Shown one piece after another: positions 50,323 through 62,810 of a stretch of DNA of 64,000 nucleotides. The notes below the pieces were generated by a model. It made no database searches. It had not been told where the DNA came from and saw only the letters and a program-made list of their open reading frames with translations. Origin of the DNA: Mobula hypostoma (Eukaryota); the NCBI RefSeq assembly GCF_963921235.1, contig NC_086107.1, positions 97,218,001 to 97,282,000 of the forward strand, read 5' to 3'. The position numbers and the translations under genes were made by a program. Positions within the stretch are counted from its first letter, which is position 1. The number at the start of each line of letters is the position of its first letter.

Positions 50323-52766
50323 AGAGTGAAGTTGCTCGAGGAAGCGTTTCCCCAATCTGTGTCGAGCCTCGCTAATGTTGAGGAGGCTAACCCGGAAGCC
50401 CCAGATACAATAAATGACCCCAATGGAACAACAAGTGAAGTGTTGCCTCACCTGGAAGGTCATGTAGGAGAAGGTATAGTACCTCCCCTGTCTCTGCAGG
50501 GAGGGTGAAGGTTGGATCGGGGATTGGCGGTACTGGGGTAAATTTAAATCCCACTTCCATTTCCATGCCGTGTACTCAGGAGATGCTCCCCACTTTCATT
50601 CCCTGATATCGGAATTGCATGATGTCCACCCACTAAGCTTATCCTCTGCATCTGGTGCTGCTGGGCCTCAGCGTGAGCGTTCTCAGGCACACTGTTCCTT
50701 ATAAGACAAACGGCCTCAACACTCTCCTTGTTAACTCAGCCTCATCCCCTGTTGTGCTCTGCCTGCTGCCCTGTTGCCGTTGCTGCGCTAGGTACATGCG
50801 CTGGTGAGGTTGTGACACAAGGGGTTGGTCTTCAGCAGTAGTAACAGAAGGTGATGAACAGGGGCAGGGATTTGGGGTTGCTCCCATCTTGGCCCAGAGA
50901 TAGAAATGAGTTCAAAGTTCTCACCACCCACACTCAGGACAGCTTCTACCACGCTGTTATAAGACTAATGGTTCCCTTGCACAACCAGTTGGACAGATTG
51001 CTTGCAATCTACCTTGTTTTATGTCCTTGCACCTTATTGCTTACCTGCACTTTCTCTGTAGCTGTTACACTTCATTCTGCATTGTTATTGTTTTACCTTG
51101 TATTACCCAATACATTGAATTGAATTGAATGATCTTTATTGTCATTATACATAGGTACAATGAAACTCTGTTTGGTTTCCTCTCAGGCACTGTGTAATGA
51201 TTTGATCTGTATGAACAGTAGACAAGACAAGCTTTTCACTGTATCTCGATACATGTGACAATAATAAACCACCTCCAATTCCTCGCGTAGCGCAAGTGAG
51301 GAAACTCTACAATCTGACAAAATGCATTCAAATTATGGATACACGAGGCATAATCACACTGCATTATAAATGAAAGAAGTCCCAAATACTTCTTGTCCAA
51401 TGGTCTTTCTAGCCCAAACTATGAATAACATCGCACATCAGTGATTTTACTGATTCTAGAGTCATAGAGAGTCACACAGCTTGGCAAGAGGACCTTTGAC
51501 CCCCTGGGTCTGAGTAGACCATTAAGCGCCCATTTACATAAATCTTATTTTATTCCCACTCAATTCCGATCACCTTGCCCCCAGATTCCACCAGTCACCT
51601 CAACACCAGGGGAATTTACAATGAACAATTAACCTACCAACCCATATATTGTTCAGAGGTGGGAGGAACTTCGACCCAGTCTGGAGAAGTCCCATGAAGC
51701 TGTAGCAAGAGTGTACAAACTCTCCCCATGTCTGCATGATTGGTTTATGAAGGCGCTGGTGACACACAGCGACGATTTCCAGCTGGCAAAGATAACAAAA
51801 AAATCACTGTATTAATAACACTTTTTCATGGATACGATCACTGTAATTTCCCTCTTGGAGCTGAGCTGTTGAACCACATGAACGAGCTGGCATTTCTGAG
51901 GTGTGAACTGGAGTTTCGAAGGTGCAGGATGGTTACGGTGTGGTGCTGTGTACGGGCCGAATTGAGGCAGCTTGGCCTGGGCACAAGAATGGGGAATGAG
52001 CCAATTTTGGCCATTTCTGGAGCGAACTTGGAGGCAATTTGATGCGGCAGAACCGAGCGGAGGCAATGCAGAGACGAGATAGCGAGGACCTGGGCTCGAG
52101 AGCGAGGACAGACCCGAGGTTTGACCAAATTAAACGCTGGGTCAAATTGGAAAGGTCGGGTTGGATATGGGCCAACTCAAGGCAGCAGGGCCTGGGCCTG
52201 AACACATAATGAAGCAGCAGGGCCCAGGTCTGAGAGCGAGGAACTACCCAGGGTTTGGATGATTTAGGCACCGGGCCAGATTGAAAAGGGTCTGGATGTT
52301 GAGGCAGAGGTGAGAGACGGGCCAGATCAGCTCGCTGCTGTGCAAGGTTTACTCATTGCTGCGCTGAAACAAGGCTGTGGCCTACAACTAACAGGCTCCT
52401 GAACATAGTTCCCTCTAAGCTGTGCGCGTGTGTGCGCGCGCACACAAGTTTTTCAACCAGCGCACAAAGGAAATTAATGTGCGCACAAAAGGTTAGTTAC
52501 CTAAAATAATGTAGTTAATAATTATACTTATTGAAAATAATCTTTTAGCTAACTGTTTCTGTTAACTAGTTAGTCCGTTTTTCAAATACCACAATGTACG
52601 CCACTTATTTACGTCACCTCACCTTTCCTGTTCCGGTTTGTACCGCTGCATCAGGATGGAAGCCGTGTTTGGCAGACAGTGTTCATATCGTAAAGTTTAC
52701 AAAGATCTGTTTCAAATCCTGTAGATAGCTTACTAAGTTTTTATTGGGAAAGATATTGATTCACTA

Positions 52767-53640
52767 TGTCAAATTCAAAAGAAGCGAAGGGCGTGAAGCG
52801 CAAAAGAACTGCAAATTTATTTAAAATTGAATGGCTTAACAAGATAGTAGAAACTGTTACACCGAAAAGCTCATGAGGTCATGAACGTTCAGCTACGAGA
52901 AATATTTATGTATGATTCGGAAACTGGAGTTACCTGCTTGTATTGTCGTGATGCGGAAGTTACTGGAGAATTTGCCAGTGGAAAGAAGTGGAATGATATT
53001 TGGAAACTTGAATTTTTGAAGCATCATTTGGCAAGTAAATCGCATTTGGACGATGTACAAAAGCTCAGGCAACAGAACCCGCCATTACCCGTTACAGGAT
53101 TGCTGCGCATGTTATGGTTGAGTGCAGATGAGTGAGAGCGAAAACGATCAAACTCAGGAGATCGAAGTTGAGGTACAAGAATGGTTAGCTTTTGATTTCT
53201 CCGCAATTGCAGATTGTGACTTCACATTTGGCGATGAACAAGTTAATGCCTTATGTCTAAAATATCATGATTTTCTAGCTGAAAATATTGTAATAGTTTG
53301 ACAGTTTAATGAGTTCAAATTTTCCGTGCAAGAAAAAATTAAATCCAAACTGATTTCAAACTTTGCTCAAATGGTGGCATTTGTACTTCAAAATGAACAG
53401 TTTTGCGACCTTGCACAGTTGATGGACACTGGGGGAAGCTTTCTTGCGTCTAGTGCAGACTGTGAGCGAAGTTTTAGCCTAATGAATCAACTCAAAAACA
53501 AGCTGAGAAACCATTTAGGTGAATGTCATTTGGATATATTAATGAGAATCAATTAATGGGATGGAAGTTCTATTAGTCAAGATAGAGTTTACAAAGAATG
53601 GGTAAATGCCAAAGACAGGAGAAAGAAAAAAATAACTGAG
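52767..53640 (+). pseudogene. hAT transposase remnants: N-terminal TTF-type zinc finger and C-terminal hATC dimerisation motif
   Basis: CLYC...LKHHLASKSH; ASSADCERSFSLMNQLKNKLRN.L; stops present and the catalytic core is missing. Confidence 0.8.
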
Positions 53641-53653
53641 TGACTTAAATATG

Positions 53654-54143
53654 ACAAAAATTAAATATCTTCAACCTGATGGCATGAACATTGACTTCTC
53701 TAACTTCCATTAATGCCCCTCTTCCCCTTTGTACCCATTTATTTATTTATTTATTTATTGGTATCATTATAATGATTTTTTCTTTCCCCTCTTTTTCTCT
53801 GTTTTTTCTCCCTCTGTCCCTCTCACTATAATTCCTTGTCCATCCCCTGGGCTTCACCTCCCCCTTTCTTTCTCCCTAGGCCTCCCGTCCCATGATCCTC
53901 TCCCTTCTCCAGCCTCGTATCCCTTTTGCCAATCAACTTTCCAGCTCTTAGCTCCATCCCTCCCTTCCTGCCTTCTCCTATCATTTCGGATCTCCCCCTT
54001 CCCCCTCCCCCTTCCACTTTCAAATCTCTTATTATCTCTTCTTTCAGTTAGTCCTGATGAAGGGTCTCGGCAGGAAACGTCAACTGTACCTCTTCCTATA
54101 GATGCTGCCTGGCCTGCTGTGTTTACCAGCATCTTTTGTGTGT
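53654..54143 (+). mobile_element. Penelope pseudo-LTR inserted in the hAT
   Basis: QPDGMNIDFSNF remnant; 14-bp TSD GTGACTTAAATATG at 53640-53653 and 54144-54157. Confidence 0.9.
54050..54085 (+). ncRNA. Minimal type I hammerhead ribozyme motif
   Basis: AGTC-CTGATGA-AGGGTCTCGGCAG-GAAACGTC-AACT: core intact, stems I and II slightly decayed. Confidence 0.62.
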
Positions 54144-55807
54144 GTGACTTAAATATGCATATTATTTTGTTGTTATTCTGTGCAGTTTTATGTCAAATAT
54201 TTTGTAAACCTACATAATCTGTCCCATGTGTGCATTCAGTGCGCACATACTTTTGTCACAGGAAAAAAAATGGCACAACATAAGATTTTTGTGCACACTG
54301 ACTACTCAAAATTAGAGGGAACATTGCTCCTGAATTGCCTGCAGTGATGAACTGGCTTTGAGGCTGTGGACTCACTTTTGTGAACTTCAGTTCTGAATGT
54401 TATTTACTTACTTCCATTGTTTGCACAGTTTTATTTTATTACACATTGAGTCTTTTTTTTCAATGGGTTCTATTGGATTTCTTTGATTTGTGGCCTGCCT
54501 GTAGGGAGACGAATCTCAAGGCTGTATTTAGCATACATACTTTGATAATAAATGTACTTTGAACTTTGAAACTCCAGAAGTCGGGACCACACGTGGGTCG
54601 CAGGGGAGCGGTGAGGTGGAAGCACTATCAGTTGTGGCTCTGCCCTGTCTGCTCCTGCTGTTCAGACAGTTTGCTTTGATGATTCTCTGCTTAGTACATG
54701 AAAGGCGATGGGATGGATCCTTACTGAATTTATGAAAGCACACGAAAAAGAAGCAGCATCTCACAACACTTGCTCCTTCATTCAGTAAGGACACAGCCCT
54801 TTTTTTTTTGCTTCAGCGCCGCTTTTGTGTGCTAGCCCGATACCTCAATTCCCTTAACGTCCAAGCCTCCATCTATCTCCCTTATTAATTTGCTCAGTAA
54901 CTGAGCCTCCACACTCCATTGGGTAAACAGTTCCACAGTTTCACTGACCTCAGAGAAGAATGCGTCCATACGGAAGAAGTGAGGAGGGAATGTTTGGGAT
55001 CTTGCTGTGCACAGAGGGGCAGTCATATAATGAGCTGATGTAGGGAAAGGAAAGCTTTGGCCTCAACGCTGGCTCCCATTCTTACTTTATTAATACCTTT
55101 GTAACTCTTAAGATTCGATAAAACACAGGGGAAATGAGACTGGTTTAGGAAGGCACCTCAGTCGGCGTGGACAAGATGGGCCGAAGGGCTTACTTCCATG
55201 CTATATAACTCCATGCCTCTGTGAGAGAGGGGCTTTGGGCTTACACCTGATCCAAAAGAGCGTGAGGTCCCTCAGAGCTGTACTGGGTATCAGCCTAGAT
55301 GTCCAACGTTGTGATGTGGGACTTGAATCCACAGTTATCAGAAGCAGAGCTGAGTGATTCTTACTCCAGGTGCCCAGAGTAGTCTCCCGGATGAAAACCT
55401 TTAGAATCCAGAGAGCTCAGAAGGCCATGAAGCGCCGAGTCTGCGGCAGCTCAGCTCAAGTCAGTCCCAATCGTTACATCTTGTTTTCCCCAGTATCTGC
55501 CCTGCTCTCTGTTACTGGGACAACAGATCCACCTCACTCTCCAACAGCACTTCCCTCTGGGCCAACAGGCATTATTCCAGAGGAGAACAGAATCTAATGT
55601 CACAAGATCAGTTAAACCCAAAGATCAATTCCTTAAGACCGAGACGAAGACCACCGAACTGGAGTCAGTCAGTTTTATTGCCGAATCTTGAGTATCCTGG
55701 TGGGGTAAATTGGTAAGCTGGTTTATTACTGCCAAATACCAAACGCACAGTGAATAACTTTGTTTTCCATCCATACAGATCAAAGTCAGTCATGTTTCAT
55801 GCACAAG

Positions 55808-56225
55808 TATGATTGTGGTGATACATCTCCACCAAAGGAGGCGTAGGGTGTTCCTTCCCTCCGCTAGCCTGCAGGTCACCCTTGGACAAGGTGTAACACC
55901 TGTTTAGCCCCCGATCAGAGTTATGTGAAGATATGGGAGCAGGTGATGGATGGGTGTATGAGCAGCTGGTGCATATCACAAGTCCTGACAATGCGACCAC
56001 TGACGCCAGGCAGATAATCTCTGAAGAGTATTGATAATGGCTGGGGTCACCCGCCTTGTAAAGACACTGCCCAGAAGAAGGCAATGGCAAACCACTTCTG
56101 TAGAAAAATTTGCCAAGAACAATCATAGCCATGAGATCATGGTCACTGATATCATATGACAAGGCACATAATAATGATGTCATATGATATGGCACATAAT
56201 GATGATATCATATGACATGGCACAG
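55808..56225 (+). mobile_element. RTE/BovB-motif non-autonomous retroposon with a triplicated 3' end
   Basis: GAAGAAGGCAATGGCAAACCACTTCTGTA...TTTGCCAAGAA motif; three ~28-nt tandem tail copies. Confidence 0.7.
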
Positions 56226-56344
56226 GTGCAATTAAGAAGTTACTTGCAGCAACATCCAGGCACAGACCATTACAGATAAACAGCATTGACAGGAAAAGCA
56301 TAAATTAAACATAAATCATACATTATTATTATAATAAAACATAA

Positions 56345-58020
56345 TTAGATACTACCAGTGGTGAGGAGGGATTTGCCTGTGATACAATCTGACTCCACTG
56401 TTCTCTGCAGCTTCTGACATTCCTGCACATTTGAATTTCTGTAGCAGGCCGACCAGTCAGGATACTTCCAGCAGTACACTTGGAGAGGTTTGAGAGCTCA
56501 GTGACAAGATGAACCCCACTAACCTCCTCAGAAAGTTAAGTTGCTGGTGCACTTTCCCTGTGATTGCATCAACGTGCTGCGTCCAGGACAGATCACCTGA
56601 TATGTTACCGCACAGGAACTTAAAGCTGCTGACTCTATCCACTGGTGTTTCCCATTGTAAACGGACGCACGTTCACCCTCCTTCTCCTTCCTCAAGTCAA
56701 CAGTCATCTCTTTAGTATTACTCACCTTGAACAAGAGGGTGTTGTTATGGCACCAATCAACCAGATGTCCTATCCCGTCGCAGTAAACTGACTCATCGCC
56801 ACCTGTGATTCATTCCTCGACTGTGGTGTCATTGGCAAATCTGAAGATGTCACTGGAGCTGTGTTTAGCCACACAGTTATGCATGTTTACGGAGTAGAGC
56901 AGGGGACTACGCACACTGCCTTGAAGGTGCATCTGTGTCGATGGCCAACATGGATGAATGGCTGTTATCAATCCTCACTGAATGGGTTCTGCCGATGAGT
57001 AAGTCAAGGATCCGACTGCAGAGCTCGTAAGAACATAGAAATAGGAGCAGGAGTAGGCCATCTGGCCCGTCAAGCCTGCTCCGCTATTCAATAAGACCAT
57101 GACTAATCCGGCCATGGACTCATCTCCACTTACCTATCTTTTCCCCATAACCCTTAGTTCCTCTACTACGCAAAAATCTATCCAACCTAGTCTTAAATAT
57201 ATTTACTGAGGTAGCCTCCACTGCTTCATTGGGCAGAGAATTCCACAGATTCATCACTCTCTGGGAAAAGCATTTCCTCCTCATTTCCGTCCTAAATCCA
57301 CTCCCCCGAATCTTGAGGCTATGTCTCCTAGTTCTAGTCTCACCTACCAGTGGAAACAACTTCCCTGCCTCTATCTTGTCTATCCCTTTTATAATTTTAT
57401 ATAAGATCTCCCATGTCTTGAAGCTTGGTGATGAATTTGGATGGGATAATTGTGTTGAATATGGCGCGGTAGCTGATGAACAGCAGCCTGACGTATTAGT
57501 TCCTGTTCTCCCGACGGTCCACATCAGAGTGAACATCCAGAAAAAATTGCACCTGCTGTTCACTTGTGGTGGTGAGCAGATTGGACTGGATCCAGGTCAC
57601 CTGTGAGGCAGGAGCTGATTACCAAACTCTTACCTATGATGATCATTGATGCAGATCACCATGCTCTTCTAGGGCACTGGTACAACAGATGGCTTTTAAA
57701 GCAGGTAGGAACCTCAGACCACAAAAGTAAGGGGTTGAGTAATTCCATAAATACTCCAGCCATTTGGTCCACACATTTCTTTAGTACTCGGCTTGGTACA
57801 CTATCTGGACTTTCGTGAATTCACCCTCTTGAAAGATTCACGCTCTTTGGCCTCGGAGACTGGTGTGCGTTTGTTGTGGGTGTCTCTATCAAAATGGGCA
57901 GAAAAGGCACAGAGCTAATCTGGGAGTGATAGATTGTTGCCACATAAGCTCCACGTTCTCGCCTTCTCAATCTTGATCTCCCTGGGTATTTCATCACAAC
58001 GCTGCATTGAGCAAGTAGAA
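56345..58020 (-). mobile_element. Degenerate Rex1/Babar LINE (RT region) with a nested CR1
   Basis: PDSVPSRVLKKCVDQMAGVF; NTKEMTVDLRK; DRVSSFKFL...DLSWTQH. Confidence 0.8.
57027..57408 (-). mobile_element. 5'-truncated CR1
   Basis: YKIIKGIDKIEAGKLFPLVGETRTR; same subfamily as 26553-27022. Confidence 0.92.
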
Positions 58021-58051
58021 GGGAAACCAACTATCAAAATGCAGAATAAGT

Positions 58052-58738
58052 TTTTAGATTATGAGAACACTCAGTCCTCTTTTATTGTCATTTAGAAATG
58101 CATACATGCATTAAGAAATGATACAATGTTTCTCCGGAGTGATATCACAAAAAACAGGACAAACCAAAGACCTATACTGACAGAACCACATAATTATAAC
58201 ATATAGTTACAGCAGTGCAAAGCAATACCATAATTTGATGAAGAACAAACCATGGGCACAGTAAAAAAAAGTCTCAAAGTCCCTGAGTTGATCGACTCCC
58301 GAGTCCCCGATAGCAGACAGCAAAAGGGAGAAACTCCCTGCCATAAACCTCCAGGCACCGTCAACTTGCTGATGCCTTGGAAGCAGCCGACCACAGCCGA
58401 CACTGAGTCCGTCCATCCGAAAACTTCAAGCTTCCGACCAGCCCTTCCGATACAGCCTCCCGAGTGCCATCCTCTGCCGAGAGCCTTCGACCTCGCTCCG
58501 GCCGCTGAGACACCCAAAGCCGAGGATTTCAGGGCCTTCTACTCCGGAGATTCCAGTTACTACACAGTAGCTGTGGCAGCGAAGCGGGCATTTCAGAAGT
58601 TTTCCAGATGTTCCTCCGTACTCTCACGTCCGTCTCCATCAAATCAGAATTGTGCGCGGTCCCCTACTTGACAGATGACAGACATCATTCACCGGAGAGA
58701 CCGCGCGTGTTGCCGTCGCGCCATCTTCTCCTCCTCCC
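58052..58738 (-). mobile_element. Non-coding non-autonomous retroposon with a YY1-like AAGATGGCG head
   Basis: Minus strand begins GGGAGGAGGAGAAGATGGCGCG and ends GACAATAAAAGAGG...AATCTAAAAA. Confidence 0.6.
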
Positions 58739-58744
58739 ATAGCC

Positions 58745-59125
58745 TTTCAATTGTTGCAGTTTCCGAGAAAGTCCAGTGTAGGTAAACAATAAGGTGCAAG
58801 GCTAGAAGATAGATTGTGAAATGACAAGGTCATTCAATAGTCTTACAACATAAGGTCGTACCGTGAGACTGATGATAATGTGTTTTCATGCTTTTCTATC
58901 TTCTGTCCAAAGGGTTGGGGGTACGAGAGGGGAGAATGCCCAAGGCGGGTGGGGTCTTTGATCACGTTGGCTGCTTTACTGAGGCAGTGAGAAATGTAGA
59001 CAGACTCCATGGAGGGGAGACTGGTCTCCTTTATTTGCTGAGCTTCATCCACAACTCTGCAGCTTCTTGTCATCTCAGGCAGGACAGCTGCCCAACTAAG
59101 TTGTCATGTCATGGACGTTTTCCGC
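58745..59125 (-). mobile_element. Rex1-type 3' fragment
   Basis: RVVDEAQQI.ETSLPSMESVY..CLSKAANVIKDP. Confidence 0.75.
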
Positions 59126-61799
59126 AGTGGTGGGGGTCGACAGTGGAGTAGACAAACTGTGCAGGACCTTTAGGAGAAAGACTTAACCGATCGCTACAGG
59201 CCATCCCATGGAACAAATACATTCACATTTACAGACATCCATAAATTGATTTTGTCAGTAAGTTGGAAAATGCACAAAAGTCACTCGATATTGTAACCAA
59301 CCTTCCACAACTGAAATGAAAGATACCTGAAACATATAACACTGTTAAGAAAAAATGAAGTGGAGAGAGAGTGGGAACTGATTCTGCTGTTCATAGAATA
59401 GAATGTGTGTACAAAAGGCAGAATTTTGAATTTAATAATATGATAGTAGCTTAGTCACATATAAGGAGGTCCATTAGTTGGATGTATGTAACTGGCAGGA
59501 ATGGCGCCTGGTGGCTGCCTTTAGGATATTTTTACATTAAATACCAATCATAGCCATGGGAACTGAGGCAAACTCCTTTTGCTTTGCACTGCCGCCCACC
59601 ATGGTGAGCAGATGCCACTGGCTAAACTACTAAGCCATAAAGATCCTTGACTCATGTTGCTGCTTGGTTGTGATTGGTCCCCACGGTGGAGGAGCAGCAG
59701 ATGAACATCTCCTGGGGTGCCAATACCCCTCAAAGTAACTTGAGTTTCTACATCAATCAGATAAAAGACAGCCAACCAAAGCTAGACCTTTTACTCTGTA
59801 AAATGAATGATCCACCTTGTTGGCATGGCAACCTCCGGCCTTAAAGGCTGCAGGGAAAACAGGAGACTTTACTCCTTACAGATCATTGTCAGGTCTCTCA
59901 TGTCTGCACGGCTGAGAGTTCGGGGTGAACGGAGGACCAGAGGTGAACTGTCCTGCGGTTAGAGGTGTGTGTGTGTGCGCGCGCGGGGATGGTAGGAAAG
60001 GGCTTTGTTTTGCTGTTGTTACATTGTTGTCGCTTTTGAACGTGGTGAGCGTTCTGTGTTGGCGCCGGAACGTTTGGCAACACTCACGGTCTGTCCCCAG
60101 CACATCCTTGGGCTGTGTCGGTTGTTCATGAAAACGACGTTTTTCGCCAGATGTTTCGATAAACAAATGAATCTGAATCTGAATCTGAATCGCGGACACC
60201 TTACTTGTTGAGATGAAGTTGAAGCGCTGGCTGTTGTTATGAAGCAAAGCATGAACACTTTTCTCTACACAATGAAATCCTGCAGGCAGCAAGGTCCTGG
60301 ATGAGCAGCAAATCAAGGAACCTGAAAAAACCCAAATTAAAAAAAATAAGACCAACCCCCAATGCCCACAGAGAAAGAAGAAAAAACAAAACAAATCATG
60401 CAAACATTAGAACTGAGAAACAACAACAGAATTCCGAATCAATTTGAGTCCTTAGATCCAAATCCCTGGAGCAGCCTGGAGTAGGCCCAAAACCTTGGCA
60501 TTCAGTTCACCATATTAGTGGAACAGATCACAGCAAAGTTTGCGGACTGAAGCAGTCTCACTGCCTTAGTGTGAGAGAGGAGATCCCAGACTATCTGGGT
60601 CGGCATTTAGATTGTCTGGACCTCACACTAGGTCCCGGCCCTGCAACAACAAATCTACGCTGCCAAAGAAACCATTCTCGACCTCTCCAAACTGGCTCGG
60701 CACCCAGCTTTTTCAATCCAGTGCATTGAAGCCTCCACACCAGACAGTGATGCAGCCAGTCAGAATGCTCACATCTGTAGAAATTCGCTAAGATTCTTTA
60801 GCGACATACCAAACCTCCTCAAACTTCTAACGACGTATAGCCGCTGGCTTGCCCTTCTTCCTGATGGCATCAACATCTGATCTGAAAGTGTGAGCAGGTT
60901 CAAGTTCAAGGGCGTCTACGTCTCAGGGGTACCCTGGGCACTTTGTGTGGCTGCTTGCCAAATGGCTGAGGAGGAAGGCTGTTTCGTCCCACAGCATTTA
61001 GTGCTGAAGGCAGATATGGAAGGAGTTCCTCAAAACTCACTAACCAATCGCTTGGCTCTGCTTTAACGCCAACAACAGGAGCTCCATCCGGTTCCTTCTT
61101 CAACTACATCTGGCTGATCTGAGACACAAAGCTGAGTCTGGACTGCACTGACAAGGGTGGCAGTGGAGGCAATTAAGAGAGTCTCATGTAGGCACATGGA
61201 AGAACATGGGCATTGTGTTGGCAGAAGGCATTTGATTATTAGTTTAACTAATATGGCACAACATTGTGGGTTCCTGTTCTGTGTGTTTTTTTGTTAAACT
61301 GGCCTTTTCTCCTCATATCTGAGAATCATTGTTTATGGAAAATCAATTAATAGTTTTAAGGTTTATAAATGATCCAGCATCAGTTGTCTTTGTTAGGTGA
61401 GAGCTCCGGGCTTCTAGCGCATTCTGTGCAGCAGCATTTCCTATCTTCACTCCTGAACGTTTCAATGCTGCTTTTTGAACTCTCTCCCAACCCGGAATCC
61501 CCAGCCAACAAAAATAGTCTCCTCCAATTTCCCCATAATAGCTCAAAATCCTTAAGCATGTCACCTTCTGAACTGCAGAAAACAGAACCCTCATCTGTGT
61601 AACTTCTCTGCGTAATCTGACAAATGCAAATTCCACACAGTCGGCGTATTACTGGGTGAATGGACAGAACGGCCTCATCCTCAGAATCAGAATCGGGTTT
61701 AATATCACTGCCATATGTTGGGAACTTTGTTGTTTTGAGGCAGCAGTACAATGCAACACATAATACTAAAAGAAAACTGATAAACGACAATAAGACATA

Positions 61800-62810
61800 C
61801 AGTGGATTCCGGTTAATTGGAACACATTGGGACATCTTGGCTCAATCTTGGCAGCTGTCACAATTGGTCGAAATGGAAATAGTTAAAAAATATAAAAAAA
61901 AGAATAACTACCATTTAACTGAGTAACAAATTTTGTATTTAAATGAAATGCAGAATAAATTAGAACACTACTAGAGCTAATACAGTACTACAAAACTATC
62001 TATTAATTCCTGATAGTTATCGACAGAGGAATTAATCCAATGTATGCTGCAGTGTTCTTTTGATTGACTGTAAATGAACAAAATCAGTGCAGATTCCTCA
62101 TGCAGATGAACGCCTTCAGGCAATGCGTTAGACGACTGCATCCCCCCAAATCTTCATTTTCATTGTATCATTCAAGATGATTGTTGATGCCTTAAAATTC
62201 TTTGTAGTTCCTAACTTATTGAAGTAGAAATCCTCTCGTTTTCACTCCTGGTCATTTCTGGTACCTGAATACTTGAAACTTCAGTGAGCAAAACAGTTCT
62301 GAATTGACTTTCTGCTTATTAATAGTGACAAAAATCACTGCTTTTTGAACACAAACACAGGCAAGTGACGCTACGTAAAACTGTTCATTCTAAGCACGGT
62401 GTAATCTTTAACGCCATGCGATGTGCACATGGCTGGCACTAGTTAGAAAATATACAGCAAAAGTTTCCTGTCCCAGTTAAGCGACATCGTGTCCCAAAGG
62501 GAATCCTGGCTTTTTTTGTGTGTGCCATACTCTGCCACTTTGGCGACTACTTTTTTGTTTCAAGCGGTTGTCTTGGAGGAAAGATTCTGTGAGTGGTCCC
62601 CCACGTCCTTCTCACAGCGCAGTCTTTTTTTTTAATGAGGCCGAGTTGCAAGCTCGACACACAACCCGGCACAGATGGAAAGCGTGCCCGGGAGCGGCCC
62701 GACTGGGTTCGAACTCGGGAACCTTCGCTCCAGAGTCCGGCGCTGATGTCACTGCACCACCAGCCGGCGATTCCTGGCTACTTCCTTGATTTAATTTTGT
62801 TCTTTAAGAG
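61800..62810. mobile_element. Tc1/pogo (Tigger-like) non-autonomous element; right end not seen
   Basis: TA|CAGTGGATTCCGGTTAATTGG start typical of pogo-like TIRs; GTCCCA subterminal repeats near 62470-62496. Confidence 0.55.
62512..62768 (-). mobile_element. tRNA-head SINE (family X, tail type 3)
   Basis: Same head and core as 14456; TSD GAATCCTGGCT/GATTCCTGGCT at 62501-62511 and 62769-62779. Confidence 0.9.

Larger units (their letters stand above)
47727..50500 (-). mobile_element. Penelope element split by a CR1 (48165-49890) and an RTE derivative (50066-50322)
   Basis: pLTR at 47727-48160; FQVRQHFTC..IGVIYCI GIY motif near 50400-50460; halves rejoin across the CR1. Confidence 0.8.
52404..54326 (+). 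mobile_element. Internally deleted hAT DNA transposon
   Basis: TIRs CATAGTTCCCTCTAA / TTAGAGGGAACATTG; perfect 8-bp TSD CTCCTGAA at 52396-52403 and 54327-54334. Confidence 0.92.
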
